From: a plasmid
Sequence record: NZ_CP025192.1
Length of the DNA: 64,000 bases
Reading direction: 5' to 3' (one strand)
The notes under the pieces were generated by a model, which saw only the letters and a program-made list of their open reading frames with translations, did no database searches and had not been told where the DNA came from. Each line of letters starts with the position of its first letter. Within the stretch, counting starts at the first letter, position 1. Both the position numbers and the translations under genes were made by a program. Below are positions 9,391-17,093 of the stretch, in pieces.

Positions 9391-11036
9391 GGGGCTCTGA
9401 CGCAATTTCGATGGCGGTCATCGGCCTGCTGCTATGACGCGGGCCTGGAGCAGGTCGAGATTCCCTCTGCCATACATCTGGCGTTTGACCACCTTCAGCT
9501 TGTTGATCTGCCCCTCGGCTTGGGCGTTGGACCAAGCGGAGGAAATTGCGGCTCGGACGGCGACATGATCCCGGGCGAGCCCGCGCGCGAACGGGGCCAG
9601 GAGGCTGGCTGCCGCCCTGTCGAGCCAGCCATCCAACGCGGCCTCATGTTTTCGGCGGATCAAGGCGTGAAAGGCTTCGACGATCTCCCGCGCCTGGACC
9701 AGGGTAGGCACCGCTGCTTCGATAGCAGCCACCGTCACAGTCTGCGTCTTGGACAGGCTGTCACGCGCCATGGTCATCAGGCGTGCCACGGTGCGGGCCG
9801 ACGGAACACGGCTCAGCCCCTCGACGTTGACCTGCTCTGACCGGCGGCGACGCGTCGCCCACTCTGCGACCACCCGCAGCGAGCCGTGGAAGCCGAGATC
9901 GCGAAGCTCGCGCCACAGCGCGGCGCCGTTGCGGACTCCAGCCGCCCAGCGCGCGTCCAGCCAGGGGAGGTGTGCGTCGAGCGAGCTTTCCCGCGTGCGG
10001 AACACATCCGCGCGCTGGCCGCGCAGGATGCGCCGCACCGTTCCGCGGCTATGACCGGTGCACCGGACGATCTCCTTGATCGCCTTGCCCGCCTTGTGCA
10101 GCGCCAAGACCGCGGCGTTGGCGTCCTCACGTCGGAGATAACCCTCGTACTGGAGCTTCTCCGCCGCGGTCAGCAGCCGGGGGTCGACCGTGGTGGCGCC
10201 GATAGCCGCGCGCACCTGGCGCATGCAGGCTCGGGTCGCGGCCAGAAAAGCCTGGCTGGCGTTCTCCATCAGGTGCCAACGATCGGCTACCTGCATCGCA
10301 TCAGGTAGCGCCCGTGCCGCGGCCAGGGCGTAGGCGCCACCGCGGTCGCGGGTCACGATCTCGATCTGCGGCTGGCCGGACAACCAGGCCTGCGCCGTTG
10401 CGGGCTCGCGGTCGGGCAAGAGGGCGATAGTGCGTCGTCGCTCCAGGTCGCAGATCAGCGTGCCGTAACGGTGGTTGCGCTTCCACGCCCAATCATCGAT
10501 CCCGACCGCCTGCGGTGGCGTGAACGCTGGGCTTCCACGGCGCCGGACGACCCGCAGCAAGGTGTCGTTGCTGACCGGTAATCGCAGCCTCTGGGCGAAG
10601 CTCGCGGCCGGACGGCCGCCAAGCGCCAGGCCGAGGTGGTGGACGATCTCGTCCAGCCGGGCCGTGCGCCGAGCCCATGGCGTCGCAGCCACGAACCGTT
10701 CGGAGAAGATGCGGCGGGGGCACAGGGCACGGTCGCAGCGGAACCGCCGGACGAGGAGCTTCAATTCCACAGGACGCCCGCTCAACGGGAGATCGGCCAA
10801 GTTCCGAGTGTAGCGGCTGTGCACTCGATGGCTGACGCCACCACAGCCGGGACAGATCCCTGCTACCGTTGATGGTCGCACCGTCATCACCACCGCTGTG
10901 CCGGTCTCGTCCACGCTCTCCAGGACGAATCCTGGCGGGATTAAAGCTGCTGGACTGAGGTTCCTCGCCATCCTGCTGATCCCTGACTGACCAGGGAACC
11001 CAGCACGTCAACTTCAGCAAAATTGAGTCAGAACCC
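9391..11036 (-). mobile_element. ISL3-family insertion sequence
   Basis: Imperfect terminal inverted repeats ggggctctgacgcaattt (9391-9408) and aaattgagtcagaaccct (11019-11036), 15/18 match. Encodes ISL3 transposase. Confidence 0.65.
9418..10971 (-). CDS. ISL3-family transposase
   Basis: 517 aa. N-terminal zinc ribbon CPGCG...H..H, GIDDWAWKRNHRYGTLICDLERRR, and C-terminal AEGQINKLKVVKRQMYGRGNLDLLQARV are ISL3 hallmarks. Confidence 0.85.
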   Translation of the reverse strand: MARNLSPAALIPPGFVLESVDETGTAVVMTVRPSTVAGICPGCGGVSHRVHSRYTRNLADLPLSGRPVELKLLVRRFRCDRALCPRRIFSERFVAATPWARRTARLDEIVHHLGLALGGRPAASFAQRLRLPVSNDTLLRVVRRRGSPAFTPPQAVGIDDWAWKRNHRYGTLICDLERRRTIALLPDREPATAQAWLSGQPQIEIVTRDRGGAYALAAARALPDAMQVADRWHLMENASQAFLAATRACMRQVRAAIGATTVDPRLLTAAEKLQYEGYLRREDANAAVLALHKAGKAIKEIVRCTGHSRGTVRRILRGQRADVFRTRESSLDAHLPWLDARWAAGVRNGAALWRELRDLGFHGSLRVVAEWATRRRRSEQVNVEGLSRVPSARTVARLMTMARDSLSKTQTVTVAAIEAAVPTLVQAREIVEAFHALIRRKHEAALDGWLDRAAASLLAPFARGLARDHVAVRAAISSAWSNAQAEGQINKLKVVKRQMYGRGNLDLLQARVIAAGR

Positions 11037-11179
11037 TGATTCAGTGCCGATTGACAGGCAACGGCGCGTTGTTCAGCTTCCGGCGCGAAGGCCTGCTGTA
11101 GCCGTGGATCAGGCTGGCGCAGGCGCATCGGCCGCCATCGTCCGATCGGAGTGAGCACAGTATGTCGTCGCCAGAGCAA

Positions 11180-12181
11180 CTATAGAAAGTCTCGCCCCGC
11201 GTGCTCCTCGAAGAGCCGCGCGTTGCGAACGTAGCCAGACAGCACCTGGACGCTCTTGTGCCGTGACTGCTGCTGCATCTGGAAGATGCTCGCCCCGGCG
11301 CGCGCCGCCGCGGTGAGGAAGCCCGCGCGTAGGCTGTGCCCGCCGAAGGTGCCGGCGTCGAGGCCCGCCGCGGCGACGCGCGCCTGCACGATGCGCGCGA
11401 TGGCGCGGTCGCTCATCGGGTCGGCGGTGACGCGTCGGCCGTCGTTGGAGATGCGGCGGAACACGGAGCCCTCGGCGATGCCGGCGCGCGCGAGCCAGGC
11501 CTCGAGGTGGCGCACGGGGTGCAGCCGCCGGCCCTCCGGCACGGCGATCTCGGCGCCGCGGCCCTCCTGGTCACCCTTGGAGCGGCGGATGGTGACGCGG
11601 TAGCCCTCCGGGACCCGGTGCAGGTCCTCGACGCGTAGCGCGACGAGCTCGCTCCGCCGCAGGCAGGCGGCCATGCCGAAGGCGATGAGCGCGCGGTCGC
11701 GCACCTCGCGCAGCCCGCCGCCGCGGATCGCGTGCAGCACGTCGCGCGTGACGTCGGCGTCGGCCGCGGCCTTGCGCGCCGGCGGCCGGCCGTGCGCGCG
11801 GCGGACGCCGGCCATGATCTCGTGGATGATCGCGCCCTGCCCGGTTTTCTGCGGCGGCTGGCGGCCGGCCCGGCGGTGGACCCAGCCGATGGCGGCGAGC
11901 TGCACCTGCACCCAGGCGGGCGACATGCCGCGGGCGGCCTCGGCGGCGAGCCAGCCGGCGACGACGGCCGGGTGCGCCGGCAGCGGGTCGTGGCCCTGGG
12001 CGGCGCACCAGGCGGCGAAGGCGTCCCAGGCGCGCTCGTACTTCAGCCGGGTGGAGGCGGCGCGCGACGCGGCGGCGTAGCCGCGCGCGGCCTCGACCAC
12101 CTCCGGGGCGAGCGCGGGCGACCGGTCCGCGGCCTCCGCCGCCGGCACGAGCGCCCCCGATCCCTCGTCCCCGGCCCCCAT
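11180..12181 (-). CDS. int: tyrosine site-specific recombinase/integrase (paralog of 4113-5228)
   Basis: LRRSELVALR...VTIRRSKGDQEGRGAEIAV...GHSLRAGFLT...LSGYV. Start at ATG 12181 (MGAGDEG...). Confidence 0.75.
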   Translation of the reverse strand: MGAGDEGSGALVPAAEAADRSPALAPEVVEAARGYAAASRAASTRLKYERAWDAFAAWCAAQGHDPLPAHPAVVAGWLAAEAARGMSPAWVQVQLAAIGWVHRRAGRQPPQKTGQGAIIHEIMAGVRRAHGRPPARKAAADADVTRDVLHAIRGGGLREVRDRALIAFGMAACLRRSELVALRVEDLHRVPEGYRVTIRRSKGDQEGRGAEIAVPEGRRLHPVRHLEAWLARAGIAEGSVFRRISNDGRRVTADPMSDRAIARIVQARVAAAGLDAGTFGGHSLRAGFLTAAARAGASIFQMQQQSRHKSVQVLSGYVRNARLFEEHAGRDFL

Positions 12182-12206
12182 GAGCCTCCCTGCCCCAGCG
12201 CGCGTC

Positions 12207-12239
12207 CTGTGTCCGGAAAAGAGAAGTTTCCGGACACAG
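12207..12239. promoter_or_regulatory. perfect inverted repeat (13-bp arms, 7-bp spacer) at the integrase start / divergent promoter region
   Basis: CTGTGTCCGGAAA-agagaag-TTTCCGGACACAG, 26 bp upstream of the int start codon, in the region shared with the divergent GmrSD-like gene. Confidence 0.55.
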
Positions 12240-12431
12240 CCACCGTAGCCGCAGGCTTGCTCCGAGGGCAAGCCTTCTGGCAGCCGCAATGCGGCAGGAG
12301 GTGAGCGGTGGTAAGGCCAGTTACCGCTCCTAACGCGGGCGCCGCTTGTTGCCGTCGCCAGCGACGCGCGTCCACACTCCTAGACAGCAACGAAGATGCT
12401 AATAGGCGTGTAGCCGGTAGAGGAGGCAAAG

Positions 12432-14198
12432 TTGTACAAACCGGGGGGCACCATCGCCGAGGCACTCAGCCGCATCCAGAACAAGACCTATGTTCTGCCG
12501 GCGATCCAGCGCGAATTCGTCTGGAAGCCAGAGCAGATCGAGCGGCTGTTCGACAGCCTGATGCAGGGCTATCCGTTCGGCACCTTCCTGTTTTGGAAGG
12601 TGGAGCCGAGCACCAGCGGCAAGTTCAAGTTTTACGACTTCGTGCTGAACTACCATCAGCGCGACGCCGCGCACTGCCCGGAGCTCGGCAAGATGCACCA
12701 CCAGAGCGTCACGGCAGTGCTCGACGGACAGCAGCGCCTCACTGCCCTCAACATCGGCCTACGCGGTTCGATGGCGATCAAGCAGCCGAACAAATGGTGG
12801 ACCAACCCGGACGCATTTCCAAAGCGAACGCTGCGCCTGGACCTGCTCGCACCGCAGACACCAGACGAGGACGGGGTGGTCTATCGGTTCCGCTTCCTCG
12901 ACGACGGCCAGGCTGCGCGAGATGAGAAAGCCCACTGGTTCAGTGTGCCCGAGATCCTAGGCATGGAGGACGGACCGGCCATGTTGTCCGCGCTTATGAC
13001 GCGCGGGCTGCAAGGTGACGCTCTAAGGGCCGCCTATTCGACCCTCGACCGCCTCCACCGAGTCGTCCACTCGCACAACCTGATCAACTACTATGAAGAG
13101 GAGACGCAGGACGTCGAGCGCGTACTGAACATCTTCATCCGCCTGAACTCCGGCGGAACGGTGCTTTCCTATTCCGACCTCCTGCTGAGCATCGCGGTCG
13201 CTCAATGGAAGCAGGTGGACGCACGCGCCGAGATCCATGCTCTGGTCGACGAGCTGAACCGGATCGGTACGGGCTTCTCATTGAGCCAGGATTTTGTGCT
13301 GAAGGCGGGGCTGATGCTGGCCGACATCGCCAGCGTCGGCTTCAAGGTCGAGAATTTCACCACCGCCAACATGGCCGCGCTCGAGGCGAACTGGCCCGCC
13401 ATCCGGGCGGCGCTCGTGCGGACGGTCGAGCTGGCGGCCAGCTTTGGCCTCAACGGTCAAACCCTCCGCGCCGACAGCGCCCTCCTGCCGATCGCCTATC
13501 ATCTCTATCGCCGGAACGTGCCTGCCAACTATGCCAGCCACAGCCAGTTCGCGGCAGATCGGGAGGCAATACGGGGTTGGTTGATCCGCTCGCTCCTGAA
13601 GGCGTCCGGCATCTGGGGCAGCGGCCTGGACACGCTGCTGACAGCCCTTCGCGAGGTCGTCCAGCAGCACGGGGCGGATGCCTTCCCGGTCATTCAGCTC
13701 AGGCAGGTGATGACGCAACGCGGCAAGTCGCTGACCTTCGAGCCGGCCGAAGTCGACGACCTTCTGCACATGGAATACGGCGACAAGCGGCTCTTTCCTC
13801 TGCTCGCCTTGCTGTTCCCGTTCGTCGACCTCAGGAACAACTTTCATGTCGATCACGTCTTCCCAATCTCTCGCTTCTCCCGCGCGAAGCTGCTGAAGGC
13901 GGGATTCAGCGGGGATCAGGCGGAGGACCTCGCCCGGCACGCGAACCAGCTGCCCAACCTGCAGCTGCTCGACGGCGCGATTAACAACGAGAAGCGCGCC
14001 GCCATGCCCGGCGAGTGGCTGGCCAAACAGTATCCTGATCCATCATCGGCGCAGCACTATCGAGAGAAGCATCTGCTTGGGAATGTGCCGGACGACCTCA
14101 CGGGCTTCGCGGCCTTCCACGCGGCGCGGCGGGACCGGTTGCGAACTGTGCTGACCGGGATGCTGGTAGGACCGGCGCAGGTGTCGGATCAGGGGTAG
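12432..14198 (+). CDS. GmrSD-family (DUF262 + DUF1524) type IV modification-dependent restriction endonuclease, BrxU-like
   Basis: N-terminal DUF262/ParB-like motif PAIQREFVWK...GYPFGTFLFW. C-terminal DUF1524 His-Me finger (FHVDHVFP...NLQLLDGAINNEK). TTG start at 12432 preceded by AGGAGG at a 5-nt spacer. Converges on brxA. Confidence 0.75.
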   Translation: MYKPGGTIAEALSRIQNKTYVLPAIQREFVWKPEQIERLFDSLMQGYPFGTFLFWKVEPSTSGKFKFYDFVLNYHQRDAAHCPELGKMHHQSVTAVLDGQQRLTALNIGLRGSMAIKQPNKWWTNPDAFPKRTLRLDLLAPQTPDEDGVVYRFRFLDDGQAARDEKAHWFSVPEILGMEDGPAMLSALMTRGLQGDALRAAYSTLDRLHRVVHSHNLINYYEEETQDVERVLNIFIRLNSGGTVLSYSDLLLSIAVAQWKQVDARAEIHALVDELNRIGTGFSLSQDFVLKAGLMLADIASVGFKVENFTTANMAALEANWPAIRAALVRTVELAASFGLNGQTLRADSALLPIAYHLYRRNVPANYASHSQFAADREAIRGWLIRSLLKASGIWGSGLDTLLTALREVVQQHGADAFPVIQLRQVMTQRGKSLTFEPAEVDDLLHMEYGDKRLFPLLALLFPFVDLRNNFHVDHVFPISRFSRAKLLKAGFSGDQAEDLARHANQLPNLQLLDGAINNEKRAAMPGEWLAKQYPDPSSAQHYREKHLLGNVPDDLTGFAAFHAARRDRLRTVLTGMLVGPAQVSDQG

Positions 14199-14379
14199 CT
14201 GACTGTCTGGAAACTCTGAGCAGGCGGCGCTTCGCCGGAGCATGGTGCGCGACATCGCCGCGCAGATCATGCCCCCGAACTTATTGAGAGGGCTTGGGTC
14301 ATCTTGAACCGTGCGCATGCCCAGCGGGCCTTTCAGCCCTACCCGTGGCGGCAGCTCTTTCAACTGCACCCGAGCCGGC

Positions 14380-15102
14380 TCAATAAGGGTTCGCCAAGGC
14401 CACGACCCGATTGCCCGCACCGTCGCCTCGCACCTCCAAGGCCGGCGATGTCGACAGGAGGTAAGCGGCCGAGTCGCCCAGCGCGAACGGGAACATGACC
14501 GGGCTCGACGAGATGCCATCGACCGGGAGCGCGCGCCCCGCATACCGCAGGCACGCTTCGCTGAGCCACGCCGCGACCGGCGAGCCGTGCAGATCGATGG
14601 CAGGGGCGCGGGTGATCCGCTTCCCGTTGTCCAACTTCTCGATCGTCCCCCAGCTCGCCTGCGACTGGAGCACCATGTTCGTCATGCGGCGCGTACCCTC
14701 GCGCTCCCCGTAGGTCTCCGCCATCCGCCGGTGGACTTCCGCCGACCTGCAGTCGCCGTGCAGCGCCGTCAGCCGGCCAACGATCTCAGCCACCCTTCCG
14801 AAGAAGCTGTAGGTCGCCAGGGCCATACCCCAGGTCAGCGGGACGGCCGTCGTGGACGGCGCAGCGCGATAGATTCGCGCCCCGCGCGCGGTGAAGTCGA
14901 GGAGGTCCGGGCGCGGCTCGAGCCACAGCCTGTTCAGAACCGTCCGGGTCTTCTTCTTGGCCGCCGGGCCGGGATGCGCGGCGTCCAGCAACGCCGTCAG
15001 CTCGCCGAGGCTCGCCAGCCCGGCGCTCACGCGAAGAGCCGCCTCGGCCAGCTCGAGCGGGACGAAGCGGTCGAAGCCAATCTGTGCGGCGGCCGTGCTC
15101 AT
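14380..15102 (-). CDS. brxA: putative BrxA (last gene of type-3 BREX operon)
   Basis: 240-aa ORF translationally coupled (4-nt overlap) to pglZ, at the position occupied by brxA in BREX type 3. The DUF1819 assignment is by position, not by a motif I can verify. Confidence 0.5.
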   Translation of the reverse strand: MSTAAAQIGFDRFVPLELAEAALRVSAGLASLGELTALLDAAHPGPAAKKKTRTVLNRLWLEPRPDLLDFTARGARIYRAAPSTTAVPLTWGMALATYSFFGRVAEIVGRLTALHGDCRSAEVHRRMAETYGEREGTRRMTNMVLQSQASWGTIEKLDNGKRITRAPAIDLHGSPVAAWLSEACLRYAGRALPVDGISSSPVMFPFALGDSAAYLLSTSPALEVRGDGAGNRVVALANPY

Positions 15103-17093
15103 TGATCGGCGTCCGCAACCTGCACCCGCACGAACGGCACGATGAGCTCCTCGACCGATGGTCCGCCGTGAGCGACGATCCGCTCCCCCCGCGGCACGAA
15201 CGCCTTCCGAGTGCCCGCGTACACCGGCAACACTTCTGGAGGTAGCCCGGGCACGCCGAGACGGAAGGTGTCGAGCTCCGAAGGGACGGACGCCGCCAAC
15301 GCGTCGCTACGGTATGTCCGAACCCTCTCGCCCTTGACCTCGGACACCACGCCCTGGCTGAGCCGCCCGATTCCTTCGGCCTCCACGTTCCCGTGGTCGG
15401 CCGTCAGGTAGACCTGGTAGCCGTGCCCGGCGAGCAAGCGGACGAGGCCTTCGGCAAACCCGGTGTCGCACCAAGCGGCGATTTGGCCGCTGATGCCCCG
15501 CTTCCCGAGCATCGCCCCGTGCACCAGCTCGTCGACCATGTCGACGACGATCCCGGCCACCTTCATTCCCGGCTTAGATATCGCCACGGCCAAGTCGGCC
15601 AGTTGCTCCGTCCGCTTCAACCCCTTCGCGTAGCACACCTCCGAGCTGCGGAGGCCGTTCTCCTGCCAGAAGCGCGCCCAAAGCTGCGGCTCCTGGGCCG
15701 TGGTGTCGATGGAGGTGGGGAACTCGCGCGGGCGGAGGCCGGAGAAGAGGGCCTGCCGGGAAACGGAGGTCAGGGTCGGAAGCCACGCGAAGCACGCGCC
15801 ATCGTCCGCGGCGAAGCCGCGGACCCGCGCGGCCAGGTGGTCGCGGACCTGTAGCCACTGGTCCATGGCCAGGCCGTCGAACACCACGAGCGCAACGCGC
15901 ACCTCGCCGGCGGCGCGGCGCAGCGCGAGGTACCTCGGCACGTGGTGGACCATGACCGGCCCCCTCGCGGCCGGGAGGGACGGAAGGTCCGCGAAATGCG
16001 TCGTGACCCAGAGCCTCAGGCGATCGTCGGCGTCGCGCTGTAGTTGACTCACCTGCTGCTCCAGCGGTTTCGCGGCATCCACGTTCAGGGAGTGGAAGCG
16101 GAAGATCAGCTCCCCGAGGCGGCGCGCGAAGTCGGCCCAGTCGCGGTGGGACGACCCCGTCGAAGGTAGATTGGTGGCAAGCCGCCTGGCCCCCTGGCCC
16201 ACCAAGTCTGCCTGCGTGTGCGGGTCTTCGACCAACCCCACCCTCACCCATTCCGGCACGCCGGCGGGCGGCCTCCCGACGCCGACCGGACGAAGCCCGC
16301 CATCGAGGAACAACGTGCCGACGATCGCCCGGACGTCGGGGTGCTCGAACGGCACCGCGATGGCAATCGACTCCACGGCTTCCGCGTCCGGGCCGCTGCC
16401 AGCGTCGATGCCCTGCTGGAGCAGGAACCGGCGCCAGGCATCCTGCAGGACGCGCAACGTGAAGCTCATGGATGAGAGCAGATCGGCGACCGGGAGACCT
16501 CCGATCGCGGTGTCCTTCAACAGCTGCGCGACGTGGTCGGCCAGCACCCTCGGCAGGCTCGATCCGCGGTAGTGCAGGCGCAGCAGCTCCCGCCAGAAGT
16601 CCTCCGGGCCGCCCAGCATGTAGGGGCTGATCCGGAAGACGCGGGTGAGGATGAAGTCCTTGGTCGCCGCCTCGCCCAGCGGCTGCGGCGCATGCCGGTC
16701 TTGCGCCTGGAACATCGCCTCGTGATGCTCCGAGGCGATCTGCCTCACCACGCTGTAGCTCAGCCTCGGGAAGAGGTCTGCCAAGCTGAGGCTTACCGTG
16801 CGAGCCTGACGGATGTAGTCCCACGGCAGCACGTTCACGTCGGTTCCGCGCAGCTGCAACACCAGCGCTTTTTCCGGTCCCGCCTCCCCCCGGTCCCACG
16901 CGTCCCGGTAGCGTTCCTCGAACTCCACGCGGAAGACGACCGGGTCGTCGAAGGGCAGAACCTCGAAGCCTCTCTCCCGGAGGCTGTGCAGCACGGCCTC
17001 GTCCAGTAGCACGTCGTCAGGATCGCAGGCGATCCAGAATCGGGCCAGCTCGGTGGGGAACTCCCGAAGGATCCGGTCGGTCCACGCGCTCAC
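15099..17093 (-). CDS. pglZ: BREX PglZ (alkaline-phosphatase-fold protein)
   Basis: 664 aa. C-terminal TADHGNVEAEG...VAHGGPSVEELIVPFVRV matches the PglZ-domain metal-binding region. Overlaps brxHII stop by 4 nt. Confidence 0.8.
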   Translation of the reverse strand: MSAWTDRILREFPTELARFWIACDPDDVLLDEAVLHSLRERGFEVLPFDDPVVFRVEFEERYRDAWDRGEAGPEKALVLQLRGTDVNVLPWDYIRQARTVSLSLADLFPRLSYSVVRQIASEHHEAMFQAQDRHAPQPLGEAATKDFILTRVFRISPYMLGGPEDFWRELLRLHYRGSSLPRVLADHVAQLLKDTAIGGLPVADLLSSMSFTLRVLQDAWRRFLLQQGIDAGSGPDAEAVESIAIAVPFEHPDVRAIVGTLFLDGGLRPVGVGRPPAGVPEWVRVGLVEDPHTQADLVGQGARRLATNLPSTGSSHRDWADFARRLGELIFRFHSLNVDAAKPLEQQVSQLQRDADDRLRLWVTTHFADLPSLPAARGPVMVHHVPRYLALRRAAGEVRVALVVFDGLAMDQWLQVRDHLAARVRGFAADDGACFAWLPTLTSVSRQALFSGLRPREFPTSIDTTAQEPQLWARFWQENGLRSSEVCYAKGLKRTEQLADLAVAISKPGMKVAGIVVDMVDELVHGAMLGKRGISGQIAAWCDTGFAEGLVRLLAGHGYQVYLTADHGNVEAEGIGRLSQGVVSEVKGERVRTYRSDALAASVPSELDTFRLGVPGLPPEVLPVYAGTRKAFVPRGERIVAHGGPSVEELIVPFVRVQVADADQ

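Noticed and set aside
10493-11179. 228-aa minus-strand ORF spanning the ISL3 end and the int-proximal spacer as a TonB-receptor N-terminus
   Set aside because: No hydrophobic signal peptide or TonB box. The frame crosses the IS terminal repeat, so it is treated as spurious.
15574-16899. 441-aa minus-strand Arg/Gly-rich ORF
   Set aside because: Alternative frame within pglZ. Low-complexity composition.
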